NCBI RefSeq assembly: GCF_030028105.1
Contig: NC_092380.1
Coordinates: 22,097,144 to 22,161,143, forward strand
Length of the DNA: 64,000 bases
Direction of reading: 5' to 3'
DNA from: Mobula birostris
Taxonomy: Eukaryota
This document shows positions 36,576 through 49,249 of the stretch, one piece after another. Position 1 is the stretch's first letter, and each line of letters opens with the position of its first letter. The translations under genes and the position numbers were made by a program. The notes under the pieces are model-generated. The model did not search any database. It saw nothing but the letters and a program-made list of their open reading frames with translations, and was not told the DNA's origin.

Positions 36576-38630
36576 AAAGTTCAAAGTAAATTTATTATCA
36601 AAGTACATATATGTCACCATATACAACCGTGAGATTCAATTCCTTGTGGGCATACTCAATAAATCCATAATAGGATAATAACTATAATAGAATCAATGAA
36701 AGACTTGGGTGTCAACCAGTGTGAGAAAAACAAACTGTGCAAGTACAAAAAGGAAAGAATAATAATACTTTATACTTTACAAATATATAATATGCAATAA
36801 ATATTGAGAAGATGAGATGAAGAGTCCTTTAAAGTGAGTCCATAGGTTGTGGGAACATTTCAATGATGGGGCGAGTGAAGTTATCCCCTCTGGTTCAAGA
36901 GCCTGATGGTTGAGGGGTAATAACTGTTCCTGAACCTGGAGGTGTCAGTCCTAAGGCTCCTGTACCACCTTCCTGATGGCAGCAGCGAGAAGAGAGCATG
37001 TCCTGGGTGCTGGGGGTCCCTGGTGATGGATGTTGCTTTCTTGCGACTGGGTTTCATGTAGATGTGCCCAGTGGTGGGGAGGGCTTTACCCGTGATGGAC
37101 TGGGCTATACTTGCTACATTTTGTAGGGTTTTCCATTCAACGGCATTGGTGTTTCCATATTAGGCTGTGATGTAGCCAGTCGATATACTCTCCACTACAC
37201 ATCTATAGAAGTTTATCAAAGTTTTTAGATCTCACTGGACAACGGGGTGACCCGTTGGGACACCCTTTGAGAGAAAGGTAGTGCAGCCTGATGTGACCAG
37301 AATGAACATTAAATTTTCCTGAATGTTATTGGTATTGCTTTGCTTTGGAAACTGAAGTAGAAAACCTCAGTTTATTAAAGAAGAACGACGTGTAGCAAAG
37401 CAAATATAGCTGCTCCTCATTTAACGAAGGATACTTTTGATGGCATCATTTCTGGTTTATCTGCCACCCTTCTGGAGACATGTAGCCTTTTCATCCTCCG
37501 CCTCTTCATCTCTTCTGCTGTTTGTTGTTTGTCTCTGATCCTGGAGACGTGCATGCCTCTCCTCCTCTGTCTCTTCTTCTCTCATCTTTTTTTGTCCTGA
37601 CTCTTTGATCCTGGAGTTGTGCGGCCCTGGCCTCATCCGATTCTTGTTCTCTCCCTCTCCTTGCTGCTTACCGATGACGTTTGGCGTCATCTCTCGACCA
37701 TAATGTCCCCCTTCCCTTTCCACGCGGCATAATTAGGCTGACCATTTCTTTCAAAGGATGCTGATTATTCTTGATGATGTGGTTGGCGCTGTCCTAAATG
37801 GACGTGATATAGTCACCGCTGTCTTTTGACTGCAGCAAAGGGTTTTATGGGTGTCTCGAAGTATGTTATTACAATAAGATTTAATTATCTCTTATTGATG
37901 GGTGGCAGTTAGATCTGTCCCAATCCTGCACATGCTGATGGTGGTGATTAGCAGAATGTGACCCTGCGAAATAGAGCTGCCCTGCCCTTTTGCTCTGGTA
38001 GGTGTCGCTGCTGAGGCTGGCCGTGTGCATGCGTCGGGCTGTCGCGTCCCAATTTCCATGATGGCAGATCGGGTCTTGGGTTAAAAGGGAGCCTGTTTAT
38101 TTTGGCGAATGAGCAATTTTATACGAATATATAACCCTGAACTTTGCCTGCATTCTGTAAGTTAGCGCATTTTAATTTGATTTAGCCAAAAAAAGTGCCG
38201 CTGCAATGCACGGTTTGCGCTAATTGGAGGTCACAAACAAGACAGGCAGAGCATGAGAGTTTTAGTAGTATATAGATACTGAATCTTCGCCAACTCCTAA
38301 GGAAGTAGAGGTGCTGCTGTGCTTTCTTCATAATTGCACTTATGTGCTAGGCCCAGAGCAGGTCCTCTGAAGTGATAACACCAAGGAATTTAAAATTGCT
38401 GACCTTCTCTCTCTCTGACCCTCTGATGAGAACTAGCTCATGGACTGCTGGTTTCCTCCTCCTGAAGTCAATAATCAGCTCCTTGGTCTTGCTGACATTG
38501 AGCGAGAGGTTGTTATTGTGGCATCGCTTAGCCAGATTTTCAATATCCCTCCCATATGCTGACTTGTCACCATCTTTGATTCAGCCTATGACAAATGGTG
38601 TCGTCAGCAAACTTGAAAGTGGCCTTGGAG
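36576..38630 (-). mobile_element. Rex1/Babar-like LINE interrupted by a Helitron
   Basis: 3' tail (ttcaaagttcaaagtaaatttattatc) plus RT sequence. The two halves rejoin across 37235-38276 as ...ttagatctca|tactgaatcttcgccaactcc..., comparable to the uninterrupted copy near 50385-50420. Confidence 0.75.
37235..38276 (-). mobile_element. Non-autonomous Helitron (1042 bp)
   Basis: Minus strand starts 5'-TCTATATACTACTAAAAC and ends with a CAACGGG-TCAC-CCCGTTG hairpin plus TCCAG (a CTAG variant). Inserted between A and T with no TSD. Internal EEETEEERHARLQDQRQ repeat resembles Helitron Rep N-termini. Confidence 0.85.
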
Positions 38631-39874
38631 CTGTGTTTATTCTGTATACTGCATGCATTCAAATGTAATGTGGTCAGTCCTGTGTTCATCACCCCTTTGA
38701 TTTTATCCCCATGTTGCACTTTAACTCATCCCACTGACTGAAATTCTGCTCCAACATCTCTGTGTCCTTCCTCACAGTCTCACTGCACACTGCACGTACT
38801 TGCATACCAACTGCCCCATCCTTTGTCCTTATCACCCTGGTTCCCATCCCCCTGCCAAATTAGTTTAAACCCTCCCCAACAGCTCTAGCAAACCTGTCCA
38901 CATGGATATTGGTCCCCCTCAGGTTCAGGTGTAGCCTGTCCCTTTTGTCCAGGTCATAATTTCCCTAGAAGAGATCCCAGTGATCCAGAAATCCTGAAGC
39001 CCTGCGCCAATTCCTCAGCCACGCATTCATTTGCCAAGTCACGCTATTCTTCGGCATGTGACACAGGCAGAAATCCGGAGACTGCTACCCTGAAGGCCCT
39101 GCTTTTCAGCTTTCTGTCTGTGTCGTTGGTAACTACTATGTCCAATGACTTCTGGCTGTTCACCCTCCTCCTTTAGAGTGAGGCATCCCTGACCCTGGCA
39201 CCTGGGAGGCAGCGGACCATCCGGGTGTCACTGACACGTCTGCAGAATTCCCTGTCTGCTCCTCTGACAATGGAACCACCTATCTCCACTGCACACCTCG
39301 ATCACTATTGCTCAGTGCTTTGAGATAGGATAAGGCAAGACAAAAACAGGGCAGAAGAAAGTGTGAAAACTACTGAAGAAGTGCAGAGCTGGTAAGCAGT
39401 TGAGCTCAAAATTATAATGGGATGGCCAAGTGTCCATCTTATTGTACTAGAGTTCTGTTCAAGAGTCTGATAACAGTGGAGTAGGAGCTGCCCTTGAGTC
39501 TTGTATCTTCTGCGCGATGGGAGAGGGGAGAAGAGAATGTCTGGGGTGTTTGATTATGTTGGCCAGCGTAATCAAACACCCCACACATTCTCTCCTCTCG
39601 AGAGAAGTGTAGACCAAATCCATGAAGGGGAGGTTTGTTCCTTTGATGTGCTGAGGTGTGTCCACGACTTCGTGGTTACTATACAGTTGTGCTTCCAGAG
39701 TGTTTACTTTCGTGTGGAAATTCCATGCAGAATATCTCTGGCCTCCTGAGGAAGTAGAGGTGCTGGTGAACTTTCTTGGCTGTGATATCAACGCGGTTGG
39801 ACTGGGACGGGCTATTGGTGGATCTAGGAACTTGAAACTCGCCACCCTCTCAGCATCGACGGCAATGACGTAGG

Positions 39875-40110
39875 CAGACATCTTACCATCAAAGCAAATG
39901 CAGCAGAAGGCGGAGAAACTGAGAGAATAGTCATTACAGGAGGCAGGGTGGAAGGAAGTGTCGTAGAGATAGTTTGTGGGTTTGTGGGGGATGTTTGTGG
40001 CTAGCTTATCGCTTGAGGTGGAGGTAGACATTAAGAACAGGGAGGGAGGGGTCAAAGGTGAAAGTGGGGGGGGTGAATTGGCAGAAGTGGGTGCAGGAAG
40101 CGACACCAGT
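39875..40110 (-). mobile_element. Penelope-like RT fragment
   Basis: DKLATNIPHKPTNYLYDTSFHPASC matches the PLE RT C-terminal T.+Y.KPT....Y.S.HP motif. Confidence 0.65.
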
Positions 40111-40957
40111 CAGCGTACCAAATGAGCAGTGGCGGTGCAATCACTCAAGTCACTGATGATGTTCTGAGGGATTATTCCCTCGGCGGAGGACGCCGATGTG
40201 TGACTTTGTTGATGTGAGGCAGCCGCTGCACCGTCCTTGACAGTTTGGGGTTAGGGTCCAGTGGCACGGAGTGCAAGACTGCAGCTTTCCTCCGGCCTTT
40301 TTTCTGCTTGTGATCCATCGCCATCTTCCGCCAGCTCCACCGTGGAGGTCTGGGTTGGATTGCTCTTTGTTTCAAAATTTCAGACAGCAATGTTCTCGGG
40401 ATCTGAGTAGCTCGCGAGCCTCTCCAGCACAACATGACGATCCTTGAGAGAAGGACCAGGTGAAGGGTTGAGGCCGCCAGCTTGCCAGGACTGAAACAAA
40501 AACTCTTCCGCACCTTTTAACCTCGTGTGGCCCTGCCTGGAGGCGTGAAACGTCTTGCAGTAGGTGCAGGGTGAGAGGTTGCATCTGGAGCTTGTCAGCA
40601 TTGATTTAAATTTTATTAGTGTTCGAGGGAGGTCATAATGTGCAGGTGATAAATTGATAACATCACACAGGAAACACATTGTTAGAACGTTGGAATACTA
40701 TTCTTTCAAAGTGAAATTTTTTTTCAGATGTGGTCGAAACAGACCGAGGCAGACTAGTGATAAGCAAATTAGACTAGTGTTCAGAATTTAAGGTCTAAGA
40801 ATTGACACCGAAGAGGTTCACAAACATTCTTGTCGGAAAGGCGTTCTATACATTTGCAGAGTTTTATTCCAGGAAACCTAGCCAATGTTTTTTTTATGCA
40901 GCAGGCTCCAACTAACAGAATGGCAGATAATCGGGTTGTGGGGGGGGGGGGTATTTT

Positions 40958-41666
40958 AAAATGCAAACACGAGGAAATCTGCAGATGCTGGAATTTCAAG
41001 CCACACACATCAAAGTTGCTGGTGAACGCAGCAGGCCAGGCAGCATCTCTAGGAAAAGGTACAGTCAATGTTTCGGGCCGAGACCCTTCGTCAGGACTAA
41101 CTGAAAGAAGAGCTAGTAAGAGATTTGAGAGGGGGAGGGGGAGATGATTTGAAAGTGGGAGGGGGGAGGGGGGAGATCCGAAATGATAGGAGAAGACAGG
41201 AGAGGGAGGGATGGAGCCAAGAGCTGGACAGGTGATTGGCAAAAGGGCTGTGAGAGGATCATGGGACAGGAGGCCCAGGAAGAAAGAAAAGGGGGAGGGA
41301 GGGAAAAAACCCAGAGGATGGGCAAGGGGTATAGTGAGAGGGACAGAGGGAGAAAAAGGAGAGAGAGAGAGAAAAAGAATGTGTGTATATAAATAAATAA
41401 CGGATGTGGTACAAGGGGGAGTTGGGGCATTAGTGGAGGTTTGAGAAATCAGTGTTCAGGCCATCAGGTTGGAGGCTACCCAGACGGAATATAAGAAGTT
41501 GTTCCTCCAACCTGAGTGTGGCTTCATCTTTACAGTAGAGGAAATCTCTTACTAGCTCTTCTTTCAGTTAGTCCTGACGAAAGGTCTCGGCCCGAAACGT
41601 CGACTGTACCTCTTCCTAGAGATGCTGCCTGGCCTGCTGTGTTCACTAGCAACTTTGAATTGTGTT
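40958..41666 (-). mobile_element. 5'-truncated Penelope-like element with inverted pLTRs, two hammerheads and a TSD
   Basis: Direct repeat GGGGGGTATTTT at 40946-40957 and 41667-41678. pLTR about 40958-41127 is inverted relative to 41542-41666. GIY-YIG C-terminal coding (LIFRLGSLQPDGLNTDFSNL) at about 41435-41530 on the minus strand. Confidence 0.85.
41569..41606 (+). ncRNA. Minimal type-I hammerhead ribozyme motif, sense to PRR12
   Basis: UAGUC CUGACGA AAGGUCUCGGCCC GAAA CGUC^GACUG. Complete stem I and core; the first stem II pair is A-C instead of G-C. Confidence 0.7.
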
Positions 41667-42039
41667 GGGGGGTATTTTGTAGGCTTTTATCGACCAGGAT
41701 CTCTGCTGGATCTTCATGGGCTCATTTATAAAGATAATTCTCAATACCTAATAACTTGTTCAGTTATGCATCTTTGAACAGCAAACAAAAACACAGTTGA
41801 CAAAGTGTTGGAGCTGCCGTGATTCAGTGGAGAGATTAGTTTAACAATTCAGTGCCTGCTGCTGTCAGTAAGAAGCTTGTACTTCTCCCCTGGTTTTCTC
41901 AGGGTGCTCCGGTTTCTCCCACATTCCAAAGACCTGTGGGTGAGTGAGTTACGGACACGCTGTGTTGGCAACAAAAGCATGGCAACATTTGCGGGCTGCC
42001 CCAGCACGTCCTTGGACTGTGTGGGTCGTTGACACAAAC

Positions 42040-43740
42040 AGGGAACAATACAGCACAGGATCAGGCCCTTTGGCTCACAAAGTTGTGCGAAATCAGCTGA
42101 AAAGTAAACGTTAAAGACCCAGAAGCTAATCCCTTCTACCTACACAATGTCCATATCTCTCCATCTTCCCCACATCCATGTGCCTATCTAAATGTCTCTT
42201 AAAACCTCTAATGTATTTGCCTCTACCACCAATCCAGGCATCCACCACTCTCTGAGTAAAAAACTTACCCCTCACATCCCCCTTTGAACCTACCCCCTCA
42301 CCTTCAATGCATGCCCTCTGGTATTAGACATTTCAAACTTGGGAAACAGATATTTCCTGTCTACTCTGTCTATGCCCCTCGTAATCTTAAAGGCTCTGTC
42401 AGATCTCCCCTCAGCCTCCACCGTTCCAGAGAAAACTACCCAAGTTCATCCAGCCTCTCCTGATAGCACATGCCCTCTGAACCAAATGGCATCCTGGCAA
42501 ACCTATTCTGCACCCTCTCTAAAGCCTCAACATCCTTCCTACAGTGGGGCAACCAGAACTGTATGCAGTACTCCAGATGTGGCCTAACCAGGGCTCTATA
42601 ACATTGGAACATAACCTCTTGACTTTTGAACTCAATGCCTTGACTAATAAAACCTAGCATTCCGTAGGCTGCCTTAACCACCCTATCGACCTGTGTAGCC
42701 ACTTTCAAGGAGCTGTGAACTTGGACTCCAAAATCTCTCTGCTCAGCAACACAGTTAGGGGTTTTGCCCTTTAACAGTGTACTGTAGGGTTGCCAACTTC
42801 CTGACTCCCAAATAAGGGACAAAAGTAGCAGTCAAATACAGGACACTTGTATTTACCCCAAGAAAGACTACCATGACCATGAAGCCTTGTGCAGAACCTG
42901 TGTGCGCATGCATGACATGCACATACATGACGTGTGCATGCGTGTACGTGTCCTGTTTTTTTCTACAAATCGGTTTTGGCTTAATCTTCCTGACTACACT
43001 GTACATACATTATTTCTACTTTATATAGGCTGTGTATTTATCATATCATTCCTGCTTTTACTATATGTTAGTGTTATTTTAGGTTTTATGTGTTATTTGG
43101 TATGATTTGGTAGGTTATTTTTTGGGTCTGGGAACGCTCAGAATTTTTTCCCATATTAATTAATGGTAATTGCTTCTTCGCTTTACGCCATTTCAGAACG
43201 AGTGGTTTCATAGGAACACTCTACCTTAGTGGGGGAAATATGGGACAAGGGCGGCCCCGTATGGGACAAACCAATTTAGCCCAATATACCGGATGTCCCG
43301 GCTAAAACGGGACAGCTGGCAACCCTAGTGTACTGTCTCCTTGTATTTTCCCTACCAAGGTGCAACACCTCACATTTATCTGGGTTAATCTCCATCTGCC
43401 ATCTCTCTGCCTTCATCTGCAACTAATCTATATCGTGCTGTATTCTTTGCCAGTCTTGTACACTAACCACAACTTCACCAATCTTGGTATCATCCGCAAA
43501 CTTACTAACCCACCCATCTACATTTTCATCCAGGTCATTTATATACATCACAAACAGCAGAGGTCCCAGTACAGATCCCTGCGAAACACCACTAATTACA
43601 GACTTCCAGCTTGAATAAGTCCCTTCAACCACTACCCTTCTGTGTGCAAGCTAGTTCTGAATCCAAACAGCCAATTCGCCGTGGACCCCATGCATCTTAA
43701 TCTTCTGGATTAGTCTCCCGTGAGGGCCTTTGTCAAACGC
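42040..43740 (-). mobile_element. CR1-clade LINE, about 1.15 kb of RT plus tail, split by a hAT element
   Basis: [38 protein letters not shown] (RT FADD motif) and VVKAAYGMLGFISQGIEFKS...LVRPHLEYCIQFW. Confidence 0.9.
42785..43327. mobile_element. hAT-superfamily non-autonomous element
   Basis: TIR TAGGGTTGCCA / TGGCAACCCTA with a perfect 8-bp TSD GTGTACTG (42777-42784 and 43328-43335); subterminal GGGACA repeats. Confidence 0.92.
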
Positions 43741-44267
43741 CTCACAAACGATGCATTTCACTGTATGTTTTAATGTTTTGATGTACATGTAACAAGTAAA
43801 GCTAATCTTTAAAAGATCTTTAATCTTTTAATCTCTGTGGCAAGGCCCAAGGAGGGAGATGTTGGATTGACACAACAGTGCCACCACTGGTTGGAAGCCT
43901 TGATTGTAGTGTGACGTTTACATGAGCAGTTAGTTATATATCTGGCTGCAGTGGAAGATCGTTGGAAGTGATAAGTATTTTAAGCTCTGTCTGGGGTTTT
44001 GTGGATCTGCCTGGCCAGTGAACACCCATAGATTGATTGTCTCAGCTTGACCACGACAGTCTCCATCTTCAGAAATGAGCATGATCTGGGATGAACTTGA
44101 GGATGGCAATAGTTGGAATGGTGATTCCCAGCCTGAAATCGGGGATCTCTGGATGGAGGACGATATCGAATACTGCTCAGCTTGGAATTGAACCACTGAG
44201 TTTCTCCAAAGGTCTGCCCCCTCATGAGACCTCTGCAGAGGCAGGCTTAAGGCCAGGATATATACAG

Positions 44268-44480
44268 CAGGGGTCCCCAACCTTTTGTGCACCACAGACC
44301 GGTTTAATATTGACGATACTCTTGCCGACCGGCCGATGGGGTGGGTTGTTCGGGTTCAACAGTGCGTGACAGGGAATGAGGAAAGGTGCAGCTGACTCGT
44401 ATCATTTCATACCGCCAAATCATATCGTTTCCTGGCAGCCCGGTCACACATCTTTGCGGCCTGGTGGTTGGGGACTGCTG
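44268..44480. mobile_element. hAT-Charlie-type MITE
   Basis: TIR CAGGGGTCCCCAACC / GGTTGGGGACTGCTG; degraded 8-bp TSD atatacag / ctttacag. Confidence 0.8.
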
Positions 44481-44772
44481 CTTTACAGCACCAGCAATCA
44501 GGGTTCAGTTCCTGTCGCTGTCTGTAAGGAGTTTGTACGTTCTCCCGGTGACCGCGTGGGTTTCCTCCGGGTGCTCTGGTTTCCTCCCACATTCCAAAGA
44601 CGTACAGGTTAGGGTTAGTAAGCACTGGGCATGTTATGTTGACGCTGGAAACATGGCGACACTTGCGGGCTGCCCCCAGCACATCCTCAGTCTGTGTTGG
44701 CCGTTGGCACAAACGATGCATTTCACTCTGTATTTCAATGTTTGATGTACATGTGACAAGTAAAGTTAATTT
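44481..44772 (+). mobile_element. V-SINE with LINE-derived tail
   Basis: B box gggttcagttcc, V-domain, tail ending gacaagtaaagttaat. Confidence 0.75.
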
Positions 44773-45276
44773 CATCTCGTCTGTTAGTTAGAACCCTGAT
44801 AAGAGGCTGGCTGGGTGTAACAAATTAAAACAGCTGGATTTTGCAGTCATCTGGCTAAATATAGCCCACATGGAGCACGGTGAGAGATGGCGGTGTGGTA
44901 CGGTGTGGCAAGGGGAAGGAAGGCCAAGGGGAGTGTGTAGCAATGGAGAGAGCAAGAGGTTGGGGTGAAGGGCACATGGGAAGTGGGAGGTATTTGGAGA
45001 GATACAGAGATGAGGGCATTTGCAGTTTATAATTATTTTTTGGCTAAATTCAGTGTTTTTTTTTAATTACTAAAATCAGATTTTACTAATTGCTGAAAAC
45101 CTTCACCCAACGAGTTGAATCAATTTTTAAACTATAAATTACAAGATGATAATTTTTAAGATTGGGTTTATTTGTCACAAGTACGTGGAAACATACAGTG
45201 AAATGTGTATTTTGCATCGACAATAATCACAGTCCGAGCATGTGCTGGGAGCAGCCCACAAGTGTCGCCTTGACTT

Positions 45277-45589
45277 GCTTTTTTTTTGGCGTGTGCCTGC
45301 GTGCATGCGAGTCTGTGCGTCTGCGTGTCCGTGCGTGTGTCCGTGTTGATGGATTTTTCATGGCTTTTACAAGGCGCAGAGCGAGAGAGAGACTGTGTGG
45401 CGTGCCACTCCTCACACAGACATTTTCGCAGTATTTTCCATTTTATTTTACGAGGTCGAGTTGCGATCTCGACACTCAACCTGGCACGGATGGAAAACGT
45501 ACTCGAGAGCGGACCCGACTGGTTTCGAACCCGGGAACCTCTGCTCCCAGGTCTGGCGCTGATGTCGTTGTGCCAACAGCCGGCCAATT
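45277..45589 (-). mobile_element. tRNA-derived SINE inserted in a V-SINE
   Basis: Same head as 4781 (ggccggctg...ggttcgaaacc); 10-bp TSD GCCTTGACTT at 45267-45276 and 45590-45599. Confidence 0.8.
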
Positions 45590-45944
45590 GCCTTGACTTC
45601 CTAATGTTAACCCATACGCCTTTGGACTGTAGGAGGAAACCGAAGCACCCGGAGGGAACCTACGCGATTACGGGGAGAATGAGCGCTACTGTGACAACTT
45701 ATTAACAACAGTCAAGGAGGCTGACGATTTCTTTGACAGAATCAGAGCTTCTTCCGAGTGCTCACAAGCCATCCGCTCCCACCCTTTACAAACAGGAGGG
45801 AGGGTGTTCCACAGTCAGTGATGGTCAGGGTCAGCACCCGTATAGCAAATGAGCAGAGAAAAGCAATACCTGGGGGTTAAGAAATGCTTTTGTCACAGAG
45901 TCGCTTGTGCAGGTTGTAAAGCTTTATTATTGTCACGTGTACCG

Positions 45945-46320
45945 GCTTGCTGTCTGTTCCACCCCTAGCGTTTCGGGCAGCAATGAAGGTCCTCCGTCTC
46001 TGGTGGGGTTCAGGGCTTCCTTCATCGTGTCAGTAGCTTCCTCTCAGTTCTCAACTCTGTCAGTTGTGCAAGTCCGAGGTGGAGACTCAGGAATACCATC
46101 GCACTTAGATGTGGAAGGAATCTTCATTGCCGTCTCCGTTACAGTTTTGTTTGAGCAGTCAGAGTCATTAGCGCTGAGCTGACCCTCCCAAACCTGGAGG
46201 ACTGGTGGACCATTCTTAGTCAGGCCTCTACCCTTTGACCTGTTTGGCATGGGTGACTGTACCACAAAGCCCTGACTCCAGCCAACATAGCTCTCCAGGT
46301 CATTGAGGCACGTAAGCTGA
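45945..46320 (-). mobile_element. Bipartite RTE-derived element
   Basis: Reverse complement of the 29165-29565 family. Confidence 0.65.
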
Positions 46321-47724
46321 GGTACACCAAGATACACAGTGGGGAAAAAATTGTCTTGTGTACTGTTCATGCAGACCAAATATTCACACAGTGCACAGAG
46401 GTAGAATAAGGTGAAACAATTTTTAAAAAAATTGGAATGAAGTGTAAAAGCTACCTAAAATGTGTAGTGCAGGTAAACGATAAAGTACAAGATCATAACG
46501 GGGTTGATTGTGAGATCAAGAGTCTGTCATATCGTACAAGAGATCCATTCGGGAATTTGATAACAGCAGGGTAGATGTGTCCCTTGAGTCTAGTGGGACG
46601 TGCTTTCAGGCTTTTGTATTTTCTGCCCGATGGGAGAGGGGAGAATCGAGAACATCCAGGGTGGATTTGGTCTTTGATTATTTTGGCTGCATTAGTGAGG
46701 CAGCAAAGTTCAAAGTAATTTATTATCAAAATACATATATGTCACCATACACAACCCCTTGTGGGCATGCTCTATTGAATAATGGCCATAATAGAATCAA
46801 TGAAAGACTGCCAACCCTGGCATTCAACGTGTGTGAAGAACAACAAACTGTGCAAATACAAAAATATATAAATAAACAGTAACTATTGAGAACTTGAGGA
46901 TGAAGAGTCCTTGAAAGTGAGTCCGTTGGTTGTGGGAGCATTTCAATGATGGGGCAAGTGAGCTTGAGTTGAGACAAGACATGTGGCCAGGCCGTGGAAG
47001 GGAGGCTGGTTTCAGTGATGTACTGAGCTGTGTCCACAGCTCTCTGCAGTTTCTTGTGGTCATGGGCAGCACAGCTGCCACACCAAGCTGTTATGCATCG
47101 AAACAAAATGCTTTCTGTGGCGCTTTGATAAAAATTGTTAATGTCGACGGGAACATGCTGAATTTGTTTAGCCTCCTGAGGAGGTAGAGGCCTTGGTGAG
47201 CTTTCTTGGCTGTGGCCAGGACAGGCTGTTAGTGATGTTCACACCTAGTTACTTGAAGCTATTTTGTCCCCATTTTAATCCCCCCAGGATTCCGTCGTTA
47301 AATTCGGAAAATTTCCAGCCCCGGCTATGTGTCCACGGTGGACAGGAGTTGAATTACCTCGGCAGTTTCCTTTAGAGTTGGAGGTTGTGGGGTCACTCCC
47401 TCCCCAGAGCCGCCAGCTTTGAGTTTCTGGGTGCTTAACGAGAGAACTGAGTGCCATTAGCCAGCTCCACTGGCAGACTGATCATCCTGGGGCTTTTGAT
47501 GTGCGGGCTAATGATTAGCTTGAGACGTAGAATGTTGTGCAGAAAGGGCAGGGTTCAAGTCCACAATGTGCAGGGATATCAGTGGGTGGGATCGTTCCTA
47601 CAGGCAGCAGAACCAGTTTGGCAGGCCTCGGCCTGTGATAAAGACAGGCTGCTCAGACCAGGGACGTAATCCTGGCTTCTGAGATATGGCGTTTTGCCGA
47701 GGTCTGTCTGCAAACGTGCCTTTA

Positions 47725-48472
47725 GTCTCCAATCAGGATTAGGGTTAATATCACTGGCATACATTGTGAAATTCTGTTGTCTTGTGGCAGCAGTACATAA
47801 TAAAAACTGTAAATTAGTATAAGTATACCAAAAAAAAATTTAAATTAAGTACGTAGTTTAAAAAGAGGGGAAAAAAATACCCTGGTGGTGTTCATGGATT
47901 TAATATTCACTCAGAAATCTGATGACAGAGGGGAAGAAGTTGTGCCTGAAACATTGAGTGTGTGCCTTCAGGCTTCTGAACCTCCTCCCTGATGGTAGTA
48001 ATGAGAAGAGGGCATGTCCTAGGTGATGGGGGTCTTTAATGATGGATGCCATCTTTTTGAGGCATGGCTCCTTGAAGGTGTCCTGGACGCTGGGGAAGCT
48101 GGCGCCCATGGTGGAGCGGACTGCGTTCACAACTTTGTGCAGCTTTATGTAATCCTGTGCGGTGACCCCTCCATAAGTGATGCAACCACTCAGAATGCTC
48201 TCCATGGTACATCTGTAGAAATTTGCAAGTGTCTTTGGTGACCATAGCAATCAATTTTCCTGAAACTCCTAATGAAATATGGCCGCTGTTGTGCCTTCTT
48301 TGTAATTGCATTGATATGTTGGGGCCAGTTAGATCCTCAGAGATGTTGACAACCAGGAACTTGAAACTGCTCACACTTTCCACTTTTAATCCCTCCATGA
48401 AGATGGGTGTGTGTTCCCTTGATTTCCCCTTCCTGAAGGCCACAGTCAAGTCCTTTGTCTTACTGATGTTGA
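47725..48472 (-). mobile_element. Rex1/Babar-like LINE fragment
   Basis: LANFYRCTMESILSGCITY...KMASIIKDPHHLGHALFSLLPSGRRFRSLKAHTQCFRHNFFPSVIRFL. Confidence 0.8.
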
Positions 48473-48715
48473 GCACTCCCCATTCCCATTCCAACATGTC
48501 TGTCTGTGGCCTTCTCTACTGCCATGGTGAAGCCATCCTGTAGGTTGAGAGGCGACACCTTGTATTCTGTTTGGGTAGCCTCCAACCTGGCGGTGTGAGC
48601 ATCGATTTCTCCACCTTCTGGAAATTCTCACTCTGTCTCTCTGTCTCTCTCCCCCACCTCCCCATTTTGGTTACACTCTCACCCCATCTCGTCTCCTCTC
48701 CTGCCTATCACCTCG
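48473..48715 (+). mobile_element. Penelope GIY-YIG endonuclease C-terminal fragment
   Basis: HSHSNMSVCGLLYC...HLVFCLGSLQPGGVSIDFSTF, followed by a pyrimidine-rich 3' region. Confidence 0.7.
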
Positions 48716-49249
48716 GGGAGTTTGTTAGAGGTCTGGGTTTTCAGTGGAGGATTTTAAATTAGGGCCGGCGACGCAGGTTCAGTACCGCCGCAGTCTGTAA
48801 GAAGTTTGCTCGTTCTCCCCGCGGCTGTGTGGGTTTCCTCCGGGTGCTCTGCTCCCCTCCCACTTTCCAAAGACGTGGGCGCTAGTAGGTTAATTGGTCA
48901 TGCGGACGTAATTGGGTGGTGTGAGCTTGTTAGGCTGGTAGGGCCTCTTACCATGCTGTATCCCTAAATAAATGGGTAAGTATTCTAGCCTGATCCGGAG
49001 CTGGCTACACATCCCAACACCAAAGTTCAAAGTAAATTTATTATCAAAGTATCTATATATCACCATATACTACCCCAAGATTCGTTTTCTTGCAGGCATT
49101 CACAGTTATCACGATCATCATTGTATGACCTGGGCGATCATGGTCTTTCATCTGTCTTTAACCTGAGAAGTTCTAGTAAACTTTTGCCTGTCCGTCCCTT
49201 GATGTAATTCATGAATGTCATGGGCTGTCGACTGCGACTTTTTCTCCTA

